A stretch of 33,757 bases of DNA from Paracoccaceae bacterium (lineage in GTDB: Bacteria > Pseudomonadota > Alphaproteobacteria > Rhodobacterales > Rhodobacteraceae), in NCBI GenBank assembly GCA_030626365.1, contig DAOUPC010000001.1:1-33757 (forward strand). The letters are read 5' to 3'. The notes under the pieces were generated by a model. The model did no database searches, was not told the DNA's origin, and worked only from the letters and a program-made list of their open reading frames with translations. This document shows positions 17,673-26,391 of the stretch, piece after piece (positions within the stretch are counted from its first letter, which is position 1; each line of letters begins with the position of its first letter). The position numbers and the translations under genes were made by a program.

Positions 17673-18665
17673 TTACTGGGCTGCCACTTTGGCAGCGGCT
17701 TTCTTGCGGGCGTGGGCCATCAGCCCGTCACGCACCCACGCGCCGTCTTCCCAGGCTTTCACCCGGTTTCTCAGACGGTCCACATTGCACGGGCCATTGC
17801 CTTTGATGACATCAAAGAATTCGCTCCAGTCCGGCTCGCCATAGTCATAGTGGCCGGTTTCTTCGTTCCATTTCAGGCTGGGGTCGGGCAGGTCCAGACC
17901 AAGGTATTCGATCTGCGGGACCGTCTGATCGATGTACTGCTGGCGCAGCTCGTCATTGGATTTCACCTTGATCTTCCAGGCCATCGACTGTTCGGAATGG
18001 GTGCTTTCGGCATCTGATGGCCCGAACATCATGATCGACGGGAACCACAACCGGTCAAGCGCACTTTGGGCCATTGCCTTTTGTTCCGGCGTGCCAAAGG
18101 CCATTTTCATCATCGCGTGATAGCCTTGGCGCGCGTGAAAGCTTTCTTCTTTGCAGATGCGCACCATGGCGCGGGCATAGGGGCCATAGGATGTGCGTTG
18201 CAAAGCCACCTGATTGACGATCGCCGCCCCATCGACCAGCCAGCCAACCGCGCCCATATCGGCCCAGTTCAGGGTGGGATAGTTGAAGATCGATGAATAC
18301 TTCATCTTACCTTCGTGCAGCAGGCGGGTCAGTTCATCGCGGCTTTCGCCCAGGGTTTCGGCGGCGGAATAAAGGTACAGGCCATGGCCCGCCTCATCCT
18401 GCACCTTGGCCAGCAGGATTGCCTTGCGTTCCAACGTGGGCGCGCGGGTGATCCAGTTGCCTTCGGGCAATTGCCCGACCACTTCGGAATGGGCATGCTG
18501 GCCGATCTGACGGATCAGCGTGGCGCGGTAATCATCCGGCATCCAGTCGCGGGGTTCGATCTTGATGTCGCGGTCGATCTTGTCCTGAAAGTCGCGTTCG
18601 AGATCGCTCATCTCGTCGCGGGTCTTGATGCCTGCGCGGGCGGTTTTGATCATCTGTGCATACAT
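17673..18665 (-). CDS. paaA: Phenylacetyl-CoA epoxidase catalytic subunit PaaA (di-iron)
   Basis: 330 aa from the ATG at 18665, with GAAGGGA SD 8-14 nt upstream. Di-iron ligand regions QHAHSEVVG and [10 protein letters not shown]. The ORF-track start at 18692 would overlap paaJ. Confidence 0.9.
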   Translation of the reverse strand: MYAQMIKTARAGIKTRDEMSDLERDFQDKIDRDIKIEPRDWMPDDYRATLIRQIGQHAHSEVVGQLPEGNWITRAPTLERKAILLAKVQDEAGHGLYLYSAAETLGESRDELTRLLHEGKMKYSSIFNYPTLNWADMGAVGWLVDGAAIVNQVALQRTSYGPYARAMVRICKEESFHARQGYHAMMKMAFGTPEQKAMAQSALDRLWFPSIMMFGPSDAESTHSEQSMAWKIKVKSNDELRQQYIDQTVPQIEYLGLDLPDPSLKWNEETGHYDYGEPDWSEFFDVIKGNGPCNVDRLRNRVKAWEDGAWVRDGLMAHARKKAAAKVAAQ

Positions 18666-18678
18666 TGCAAGTTTCCCT

Positions 18679-19881
18679 TCAGACGCGTTCAAGGATCAGG
18701 GCCGCGCCCTGTCCAACACCGACACACATGGTGCAAAGGGCGTATTTACCCCCTGTGCGCCTAAGCTGATAGGCCGCCGTCAGCACCAACCGCGCCCCGG
18801 ACATGCCCAACGGGTGGCCCAACGCAATTGCCCCGCCATTCGGGTTGACGTGGGGCGCGTCATCGGCCACCCCAAGTTCGCGCAAAGTGGCGATGCCCTG
18901 TGCGGCAAAGGCCTCGTTCAACTCAATCACATCCATCTGTTCAATGCTCAGACCGGCACGCGACAGCACCTTGCGGCAGGCCGGAACCGGACCAATCCCC
19001 ATGACGCGCGGGTCCACCCCGGCGGCAGACATGGCGACCACACGCACCATCGGGGTCAGGTCATTGCGCGCCACGGCCACCTCGTTTGCCAACAGCAATG
19101 CCGCAGCACCGTCATTGACCCCCGATGCGTTGCCCGCCGTTACCGTCAGGCCGGGCCCGTTGATGGCCCGCAGATTGCCCAGCTTTTCGGCGCTGGTGCC
19201 GGGGCGCGGATGTTCGTCCGTATCCACAATAACCGGATCGCCCTTGCGCTGGGGAATGGATACCGGGGTGATTTCATCGCCAAAGATCCCGGCCTTGTTG
19301 GCCGCGTCCCAGCGCGCCTGACTGCGCGCGGCAAACGCATCCTGATCGGCGCGCGAAATGTCGTATTCGGCGGCAACATTGTCGGCGGTTTCGGGCATTG
19401 AATCGACGCCATACAGCGCCTTCATCTTTGGATTGACAAAGCGCCAGCCAATTGTTGTGTCATAAACCGTGTTGGCACGCGAAAAGGCGGTGGTGGCCTT
19501 GGGCATCACGAACGGCGCGCGTGACATGCTTTCGACGCCACCGGCGATGGCCATGTCATAATCCCCGGCCCGGATGGCGCGCGCGGCAATGCCGACCGCG
19601 TCCATACCCGAGGCGCACAACCGGTTGATCGTGCTGCCCGGCACATCCGTGGGCAGCCCCGCCAGCAAGGCGGCCATGCGGGCCACGTTGCGGTTGTCTT
19701 CACCCGCCTGATTGGCCGAGCCATAGATCACATCATCCACGCTGGCCCAGTCAACCTGTGGGTTGCGCGCCATCAGCGCCGCGATAGGGGCCGCTGCCAG
19801 ATCATCGGTACGGACCGCTGAGAGGCCCCCGCCATAGCGTCCGATTGGTGTCCGGGTTGCGTCACAGATGAATGCGTCCAT
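18679..19881 (-). CDS. paaJ: 3-oxoadipyl-CoA / 3-oxo-5,6-dehydrosuberyl-CoA thiolase
   Basis: 400 aa from the ATG at 19881 ([18 protein letters not shown]). Thiolase motifs [40 protein letters not shown]. First gene of the paaJABCDE string. Confidence 0.85.
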   Translation of the reverse strand: MDAFICDATRTPIGRYGGGLSAVRTDDLAAAPIAALMARNPQVDWASVDDVIYGSANQAGEDNRNVARMAALLAGLPTDVPGSTINRLCASGMDAVGIAARAIRAGDYDMAIAGGVESMSRAPFVMPKATTAFSRANTVYDTTIGWRFVNPKMKALYGVDSMPETADNVAAEYDISRADQDAFAARSQARWDAANKAGIFGDEITPVSIPQRKGDPVIVDTDEHPRPGTSAEKLGNLRAINGPGLTVTAGNASGVNDGAAALLLANEVAVARNDLTPMVRVVAMSAAGVDPRVMGIGPVPACRKVLSRAGLSIEQMDVIELNEAFAAQGIATLRELGVADDAPHVNPNGGAIALGHPLGMSGARLVLTAAYQLRRTGGKYALCTMCVGVGQGAALILERV

Positions 19882-19913
19882 GCAGAGAACCTCGTGTTTT
19901 TGCGGATGAAAAG

Positions 19914-19929
19914 CCGACCGCACGGTCGG
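19914..19929. promoter_or_regulatory. Perfect 16-bp palindrome CCGACCG-CA-CGGTCGG upstream of paaJ; candidate PaaR operator
   Basis: Lies 33-48 nt upstream of the paaJ ATG, just downstream of a weak TTGTAT-N17-TATCCC promoter-like pattern on the minus strand. Shares the ACCG-N2-CGGT core with 12254-12265. Confidence 0.35.
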
Positions 19930-20071
19930 GATATGAAAGAAACCGATTCGATACAAGGGAATTGTTGCGAATATTTGTTATGGTCGCGGTATTCGTAACA
20001 TCGTGGCCTTGCGGCGTTTCCCCGGTCCAATGTTAAGCTGACAGGCGATAAGGGGGGCGAACCGGTCGTCT

Positions 20072-20953
20072 TCAGGTTGGCGAGCGGAACAACCGTGTCG
20101 AACTGAACATCGCCTCAAGCTCTTCAATACGCTCTTTGCTCTCGTCCCACCGGGCGGTTTGCGCCTCGGCGATCAGGGCCTCGACGATCAGCAATATGGC
20201 GATGGTCGAATCCCAGCTTGACGGGGCCTCGACCAGGGCGCTGAACGTGTAATCCGCCCGGCTGGCAATCGGTGATTGCCACTGATCCGTGAACAGAACC
20301 ACCTTGCAACCCCGGTCACTGGCAAGGCTGGCCAGCTTTTCAAGATGGCTTTCATAGCGCCGGATATCGAACAGCACCAAGACCGACGTGTCATCCATAT
20401 CCAACAGATATTGCGGCCAGACGTTTGACGAATTGCCCAACTCGGTCACGTTGGGGCGGATGATCTGAAGATGGTTGGACAGATATTCAGCCGTCGACCG
20501 GGTGATCCGCCCGCCCGCCACATAGATATGACAGCTTTGGTCCGCCAAAAGGCGGGCCACCGCATCGAACATGGCAATGTCGATCCGGTCCAGCGTGTGC
20601 CTTATATTGGATGCCACCGCCTCGGCGAACCGGTTCAGCGGGTGTTCAGCCGACGCATCGGCCATCCACGCATCGCGCTTTGAAATCGGCTTTTTGATCT
20701 GTGCGGCGACCTCTTCGCGCAGGGCCTCTTGCAGGGCGGGAAAACCGTCAAACCCCAGCTTGCGGGCCATGCGGATCACCGTGGGCGTCGAAACCCTGGC
20801 CGACGCGGCCAGCTTGGTGATCGATTGCAACCCACCCATCGGATAGTCCTGCAACAAAACACTGGCAAGCTGACGTTCAGAGCGCGTGAGCGCCCCCATG
20901 TCATCTTGTATTATCTGTCTTACAAGTCGGGTCGATGGGGTCACGGCAGCCAC
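20072..20953 (-). CDS. RpiR/MurR-family transcriptional regulator (HTH_6 + SIS domain)
   Basis: 293 aa (GTG start at 20953). N-terminal LTRSERQLASVLLQDYP..SITKLAASARVSTPTVIRMARKLGFDGF is the RpiR HTH. SIS-like C-terminal half (IYVAGGRITRSTAEYL). Divergent from the FGase/TRAP operon. Confidence 0.85.
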   Translation of the reverse strand: MAAVTPSTRLVRQIIQDDMGALTRSERQLASVLLQDYPMGGLQSITKLAASARVSTPTVIRMARKLGFDGFPALQEALREEVAAQIKKPISKRDAWMADASAEHPLNRFAEAVASNIRHTLDRIDIAMFDAVARLLADQSCHIYVAGGRITRSTAEYLSNHLQIIRPNVTELGNSSNVWPQYLLDMDDTSVLVLFDIRRYESHLEKLASLASDRGCKVVLFTDQWQSPIASRADYTFSALVEAPSSWDSTIAILLIVEALIAEAQTARWDESKERIEELEAMFSSTRLFRSPT

Positions 20954-21030
20954 GCAATATACTCTTTCCTACAGACTAGACCGCAATGTAGATATGTCTA
21001 CCGAAACTTTCTTGACAGACGGATAAATCC

Positions 21031-21046
21031 TGTAGCAAATGCTACA
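21031..21046. promoter_or_regulatory. Perfect palindrome TGTAGC-AAAT-GCTACA overlapping the first start codon of the FGase/TRAP operon; candidate RpiR operator
   Basis: Related TGTAG/CTACA elements occur at 20969-20973, 20987-20991 and 20988-21001 (GTAGA-TATG-TCTAC). A consensus TTGACA lies at 21012-21017. Confidence 0.35.
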
Positions 21047-21872
21047 TATGATTGCAGCCCCCGAGTCACCCCTGCTTAACCCCGATGAACGCCCGGCGGC
21101 GCATGTGCTGAATGCGCATGGGACCGCCCCGGCGGTTCTGGTGTGCGAACATGCCAGCCGGTTCATCCCGGCGGCCTTGGGTGATCTGGGTCTTGACCCA
21201 AAAGCGGCGGTTTCGCATGTCGCATGGGATATTGGCGCGCTGGATCTGGCCAAAAACCTGATGACCCTGCTGGACGCACCTTTGGTCGCCGCGCGTGTCT
21301 CAAGGCTGGTTTATGACTGCAACCGCCCCCCCGAGGCCCCCGGCGCCATGCCATCACAAAGCGAACAATTCACCATTCCCGGCAATGCCGCCCTGAGCCG
21401 CGATCAGCGCGATGCACGCACCCGTAACGTATACGACCCCTTTCGGGCGCTGTTGGGGCAGGTGCTGGACCAAAAGAATATGGCCACAGATGGCCCCGTG
21501 ATGATCACCATTCACAGCTTTACCCCGGTATTCAACGGTCAGGCACGCGCCGTCGAACTGGGTGTCCTGCATGATGCGGATGACCGTGCGGCACAGGCGC
21601 TGCTGGCCGGGATCAGGCAGCAAACCACACTGCACGCCGAGATGAACCAACCCTATTCTGCTACTGATGGCGTTACCCACACATTACGCGATCAGGCCGG
21701 GCGGCGCGGGCTGGCCAATGTGATGATCGAGGTGCGCAACGACCTGATCGACACCCCCGCCAAGGCGGCGCAGATCGCGGCGCAACTCGGCCCGGTCCTG
21801 CACGACGTGATCAGGCAATTCGGCACCCCCGAAACAACACGGAAATCTAAGATGATGGGCAAAGGCCAATGA
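21039..21872 (+). CDS. N-formylglutamate amidohydrolase (FGase, PF05013-type) family protein
   Basis: 277 aa. Family-typical strings VLVCEHASRFIPAALGDLGL, SHVAWDIGA, SRLVYDCNR, ITIHSFTP. Alternative start ATG at 21048. No SD before either start. ATGA overlap with the next gene at 21869-21872. Confidence 0.8.
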   Translation: MLHMIAAPESPLLNPDERPAAHVLNAHGTAPAVLVCEHASRFIPAALGDLGLDPKAAVSHVAWDIGALDLAKNLMTLLDAPLVAARVSRLVYDCNRPPEAPGAMPSQSEQFTIPGNAALSRDQRDARTRNVYDPFRALLGQVLDQKNMATDGPVMITIHSFTPVFNGQARAVELGVLHDADDRAAQALLAGIRQQTTLHAEMNQPYSATDGVTHTLRDQAGRRGLANVMIEVRNDLIDTPAKAAQIAAQLGPVLHDVIRQFGTPETTRKSKMMGKGQ

Positions 21873-22465
21873 CGCGGTTTGAACGCAGCTTTGTCCGCCG
21901 GGTGGATGGGCTGAACCGGCACCTTGGCCGGGTGGTCATGTATGGCATATTCGCGATGATGGCGATTCTGCTTTGGTCGTCGATCTCAAAGACCGTATTC
22001 ATGCCATCGCTGTGGACGCTGGAAATGGCGCAATTCGCCATGGTCGCCTATTACATTCTGGGCGGGCCATATTCGCTCCAACTGGGTGCGAATGTGCGCA
22101 TGGACCTGTTCTATCATGAATGGACTAGCCGAAAAAAGGCCTGGGTGGATGCGTTTACCGTGCTGTTCTTGATGTTTTACCTTGGCGTCATGATCTATGG
22201 CGGCGTCGGGTCAACCGCCTATTCCCTTGGGTATTTCGGGACCGAACCGTTCGTCTTTTTCAAAGATCTGGCCGTCGCCTTTGTGACCGGCGGCCCGGAT
22301 GGTGCCCGTGAACTTATGGGGTATATGGAACGCAGTGCCACGGCATGGCGCCCGTATCTGTGGCCAATCAAGACAATTATGTGCATCGGGCTGTTCCTGA
22401 TGCTGCTTCAGGCAATTTCCGAGTTGATCAAGGACATCGCCCGCATCCGTGGTGAGGAAATCTGA
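21869..22465 (+). CDS. TRAP transporter small permease (DctQ-type)
   Basis: 198 aa, hydrophobic four-helix pattern. Sits immediately before the DctM-type gene, with a TGATG overlap at 22463-22467. Confidence 0.8.
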   Translation: MTRFERSFVRRVDGLNRHLGRVVMYGIFAMMAILLWSSISKTVFMPSLWTLEMAQFAMVAYYILGGPYSLQLGANVRMDLFYHEWTSRKKAWVDAFTVLFLMFYLGVMIYGGVGSTAYSLGYFGTEPFVFFKDLAVAFVTGGPDGARELMGYMERSATAWRPYLWPIKTIMCIGLFLMLLQAISELIKDIARIRGEEI

Positions 22466-23787
22466 TGTCCTATGAAATGATCGCCCTGTTCATGTTCTCG
22501 TCGATGATGCTGATGATGTTCACCGGCCAGCGGGTATTTGCGGCCATTGGTGGTGTTGGTGCGATGGCGGCCCTGCTGCTGTGGGGCGTGGGTGGGTCGG
22601 ATATTCCGTTCACCGGGGCCATGAAAATCATGAAATGGTATCCGCTGCTGACCCTGCCGATGTTCATCTTCATGGGGTACATCCTGAGCGAAAGCAAAAT
22701 CGCCGATGACCTTTACAAGATGTTTCACGTCTGGATGGGTCCGGTTTCCGGCGGGTTGGCGATTGGCACCATCGGGCTGATGGTGCTGGTGTCGGCAATG
22801 AACGGGCTGTCGGTGGCCGGCATGGCGATTGGCGCGACCATTGCGTTGCCGGAACTGTTGCGCCGGGGCTATGACAAAAGGATGGTGACCGGGGTCATTC
22901 AGGCCGGGTCATCCCTGGGCATCCTCGTGCCGCCTTCGGTGGTTTTGGTGCTGTATGCGATCATTGCCCGCCAGCCGGTTGGCCAGTTGTGGCTTGCGGG
23001 TGTGTTTCCGGGGCTGATGATGGCGGCCATGTTCATCGCCTATATCTATATCCGCTGCCGGATTAATCCCGAACTGGGCCCGGCATTGCCGCCCGAAGAA
23101 CGCCAGATGCCGCTGCGCCAGAAACTGGGCCTGCTCAAGGCCGGGTTGCTGCCCATCGGTATCTTCATGGCGATGATGGTGCCGTTTGTGAACGGTTGGA
23201 CCTCGCTGGTTGAAAGTTCGGCCATCGGGGCGCTGGCCGCCTTTGGTACGGCTGTCGCCAAGGGGCGGATGAACCGCGCGGTATTCGAAAATTCGGTTCG
23301 CAACACGCTGGGCATTTCCTGCATGTTCATGTGGATCATTGTCGCCGCCACCGGGTTTGGCGCGGTGTTTGACGGGCTGGGCGCGGTCAAGGCGATCGAG
23401 CATCTGTTTACCGAACAACTGGGGCTTGGTCCCTGGGCAATCCTGATCCTGATGCAACTGTCGTTCCTGATCATGGGCACGTTTCTGGACGACACGGCGA
23501 TGCTGGTCATTGTGGCACCTTTGTATGTGCCGCTGGTCGGGGCGCTGGGGTTCGATCTGATCTGGTACGGGGTGCTTTATACGATCACCACACAAATAGC
23601 CTATATGACACCGCCATTTGGCTATAACCTGTTCTTGATGCGGGCCATGGCACCGCCGGAAATCACGCTAAAGGACATCTATGGATCAATCCTGCCCTTT
23701 GTTCTGGTGATGGTATTGGCGCTGATACTGATTATGGTGTTCCCACAAATTGCCCTTTGGCTACCTGACTATGTTTACGACAAATAA
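22465..23787 (+). CDS. TRAP transporter large permease (DctM-type)
   Basis: 440 aa polytopic membrane protein with typical DctM length and sequence style. GAGGAAA SD upstream. Confidence 0.9.
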   Translation: MSYEMIALFMFSSMMLMMFTGQRVFAAIGGVGAMAALLLWGVGGSDIPFTGAMKIMKWYPLLTLPMFIFMGYILSESKIADDLYKMFHVWMGPVSGGLAIGTIGLMVLVSAMNGLSVAGMAIGATIALPELLRRGYDKRMVTGVIQAGSSLGILVPPSVVLVLYAIIARQPVGQLWLAGVFPGLMMAAMFIAYIYIRCRINPELGPALPPEERQMPLRQKLGLLKAGLLPIGIFMAMMVPFVNGWTSLVESSAIGALAAFGTAVAKGRMNRAVFENSVRNTLGISCMFMWIIVAATGFGAVFDGLGAVKAIEHLFTEQLGLGPWAILILMQLSFLIMGTFLDDTAMLVIVAPLYVPLVGALGFDLIWYGVLYTITTQIAYMTPPFGYNLFLMRAMAPPEITLKDIYGSILPFVLVMVLALILIMVFPQIALWLPDYVYDK

Positions 23788-23840
23788 CCCAAAAGAACTC
23801 CACCAACGGAGCGCCCAACAATCTGCAAGGAGAATGCAAA

Positions 23841-24872
23841 ATGACCACAAGACGTAAGTTTATCAAAGGGGCGGCAATCGTCCCGGCGGCGGCGCTGGCA
23901 ACCCCGGCCCTGGCGCAATCGACGATCAAATGGCGGATGCAGACCTATGCGGGTCCGGCCCTGGCCGAGCATGTGATCAAACCTGCGATCGACATGTTCA
24001 ACAAGATCGCCGGCGACCGGATGCAGATCGAACTGTTCTTCGCCGACCAGTTGGTGCCAACCGGCGAATTGTTTCGCGCCATGCAGCGTGGCACAATCGA
24101 TGCGGTCCAGTCGGATGACGACAGCATGGCCTCGCCCACCGAGGTCACCGTGTTTGGTGGCTATTTCCCGTTTGCGTCACGCTATTCGCTTGATGTGCCA
24201 GTGCTGTTCAACCAGTACGGCCTGAACGAAATCTGGGATGAGGAATATTCCAAGGTTGGCGTCAAGCACATCAGCGCCGGTTCCTGGGACCCGTGCCACT
24301 TTGCCACCAAGGACCCGATCAATTCGTTGGCCGACCTCAAGGGCAAAAAGATATTCACCTTCCCGACTGCGGGCCGGTTCCTTACACAGTTTGGCGTGGT
24401 TCCGGTAACCCTGCCTTGGGAAGACATCGAAGTGGCCGTGCAAACCGGCGAACTGGATGGCATCGCATGGTCGGGCATCACCGAGGACTATACCGTTGGC
24501 TGGGCAGACGTGACCAACTACTTCCTGACCAACAACATCTCGGGTGCGTGGGCCGGATCGTTCTATGCCAACATGGACCGTTGGAACGAACTGCCGGAAG
24601 ATCTGCAAACCCTGTTCCGGGTCTGCTGTGACCAGTCGCATTACTATCGCCAGTGGTGGTACTGGGGCGGCGAGGCAAACCTGCGCGTGCATGGGCCGAA
24701 GATGAAGCTGACAACCATTCCCGACAACGAATGGGCCACAGTCGAAGCGGCAGCCCAGGAGTTCTGGGAAGAGATCGCCGCAGAATCCCCGACCAAGGCC
24801 AAAGTGGTCGAGATCATCAAGCGTTATAATGCCGACATGGTTAAGGCCGGTCGCCCGTACCGCTACGGCTGA
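23841..24872 (+). CDS. TRAP transporter substrate-binding protein (DctP-type) with twin-arginine signal peptide; atypical ligand site
   Basis: 343 aa. Tat motif TRRKFIKG and an ALA-QS cleavage site. Colinear with SiaP around INSLADLKGKKIFTFP...GELDGIAWS. AAGGAGA SD upstream. Confidence 0.85.
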   Translation: MTTRRKFIKGAAIVPAAALATPALAQSTIKWRMQTYAGPALAEHVIKPAIDMFNKIAGDRMQIELFFADQLVPTGELFRAMQRGTIDAVQSDDDSMASPTEVTVFGGYFPFASRYSLDVPVLFNQYGLNEIWDEEYSKVGVKHISAGSWDPCHFATKDPINSLADLKGKKIFTFPTAGRFLTQFGVVPVTLPWEDIEVAVQTGELDGIAWSGITEDYTVGWADVTNYFLTNNISGAWAGSFYANMDRWNELPEDLQTLFRVCCDQSHYYRQWWYWGGEANLRVHGPKMKLTTIPDNEWATVEAAAQEFWEEIAAESPTKAKVVEIIKRYNADMVKAGRPYRYG

Positions 24873-24893
24873 TACGAACCGTTCAATACACCG

Positions 24894-24920
24894 ATTTGGC
24901 CCGCCATCGGCGGGCCAAAT
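24894..24920 (+). terminator. Strong stem-loop after the TRAP SBP gene (attenuator / partial terminator / mRNA-stabilising hairpin)
   Basis: ATTTGGCCCGCC-atc-GGCGGGCCAAAT, a perfect 12-bp inverted repeat 21 nt after the stop codon. No U-tract. Confidence 0.5.
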
Positions 24921-24986
24921 TCCTTACGCAAGAAATGCACCAAGGTTTTTTTGGAAACTCCTGGTGCGTAACCTTCGAGGCCCCTC

Positions 24987-26342
24987 ATGCTTTCTTTCGA
25001 TACACTCAAGAAAAACGTCGCTGACGGAACTGTGGATACGGTTCTTGTCTGTCTGGTTGACATGCAGGGGCGGCTTTTGGGCAAACGGTTCCACGCCCAG
25101 AACTTTCTGGACGGCGCCTGGAAGGAAACCCACTGCTGTAACTACCTGCTGGCCACCGACCTTGAGATGGCCACCCCTGATGGCTACGAGGCAACCAGTT
25201 GGCAGTCCGGTTATGGCGATTATGTCATGAAGCCCGACCTTGATACGCTGCGCCCTATGCCCTGGCTGGAAGGCACGGTCATGGTGCTGTGCGATGTGCT
25301 GGACCACCACACCCACGAACCCATCCCCCATTCCCCGCGCCAGGTGCTAAAGAACCAGATCGCCCGGCTAAAGGCGCTGGGCTTCAGCGCCAAGATGGCC
25401 ACCGAACTGGAATTCTTTCTGTTCGAGAAAAGCTTTGAAGAAATCCGCAAATCCGGCTTTCGCGACCTTCAGCCAATCAGTGGCTATAACGAGGATTACC
25501 ATATCCTTCAGACCACCCGCGAAGAACATGTGATGCGCCCGCTGCGCAACCATCTTTATGCCGCAGGTATCCCCGTGGAAAACACCAAGGGCGAGGCCGA
25601 GGCAGGCCAGGAAGAACTGAATATCAAATATGACGAGGCGCTGAATTGCGCCGATCACCACACAATCGCCAAACACGCCACCAAGGAAATCGCCTGGCAA
25701 CAGGGCCACGCCGCCAGCTTTCTGCCCAAATGGCATCAGGACAAGGTCGGCAGTTCCAGCCACGTGCATATGTCGTTGTGGCAGGGCGATACCCCCGCCT
25801 TTTATGACAAGGATGGCGAATATGGCATGTCGCTCCTGATGCGCCGGTTCTGCGCCGGGATGGTTGCCTATCTGCCCGAATACACGCTTTTCATGGCCCC
25901 CTATGTGAACAGCTATAAGCGCTTTATGAAGGGCACGTTTGCCCCCACCAAATCGGTGTGGTCAGTTGACAACCGCACCGCCGGTTTCCGCATGTGCGGC
26001 GAAGGCACCAAGGGCGTGCGGATGGAGTGCCGGATTGGCGGCTCTGACATCAACCCCTATCTGGCGCAGGCGGTGCTTTTGGCGGCCGGGATCAAGGGGC
26101 TTGAGGATAAAATGGAGCTGCCTGCGCCCGCTGCCGGTGACAATTACGCCGACGCCACGGGTGGTGAGATCCCGCGTTCCCTGCGCGATGCGGTGGAAAC
26201 GCTGCGCGGCTCGGACATGCTGCGCGCGGCACTGGGGGACAAGGTGGTTGACCATTATGTCCGTTGCGGCGAATGGGAGCAGGAAGAGTTCGAACGCGTC
26301 GTGACCGACTGGGAAATCGCGCGCGGGTTCGAACGCGCATAA
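24987..26342 (+). CDS. Glutamine synthetase family protein (GS-like, probable gamma-glutamyl-amine/amino-alcohol ligase)
   Basis: 451 aa. GS catalytic strings ATELEFFLFE, GEAEAGQEELNIKY, SFLPKW..GSSSHVHMSLW, VNSYKRF, VDNRTAGFR, ECRIGGSDINPYL. Confidence 0.88.
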   Translation: MLSFDTLKKNVADGTVDTVLVCLVDMQGRLLGKRFHAQNFLDGAWKETHCCNYLLATDLEMATPDGYEATSWQSGYGDYVMKPDLDTLRPMPWLEGTVMVLCDVLDHHTHEPIPHSPRQVLKNQIARLKALGFSAKMATELEFFLFEKSFEEIRKSGFRDLQPISGYNEDYHILQTTREEHVMRPLRNHLYAAGIPVENTKGEAEAGQEELNIKYDEALNCADHHTIAKHATKEIAWQQGHAASFLPKWHQDKVGSSSHVHMSLWQGDTPAFYDKDGEYGMSLLMRRFCAGMVAYLPEYTLFMAPYVNSYKRFMKGTFAPTKSVWSVDNRTAGFRMCGEGTKGVRMECRIGGSDINPYLAQAVLLAAGIKGLEDKMELPAPAAGDNYADATGGEIPRSLRDAVETLRGSDMLRAALGDKVVDHYVRCGEWEQEEFERVVTDWEIARGFERA

Positions 26343-26391
26343 GGCAGCACACGGGCATTCTTGGCCCGGCTATCAGGAACGGGTTTGCAAG

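Noticed and set aside
18625-19401. 258-aa plus-strand ORF inside paaJ, plus many other 60-230-aa overlapping ORFs throughout the track
   Set aside because: All overlap stronger, motif-bearing genes in another frame or strand. None has an SD or recognisable domain.
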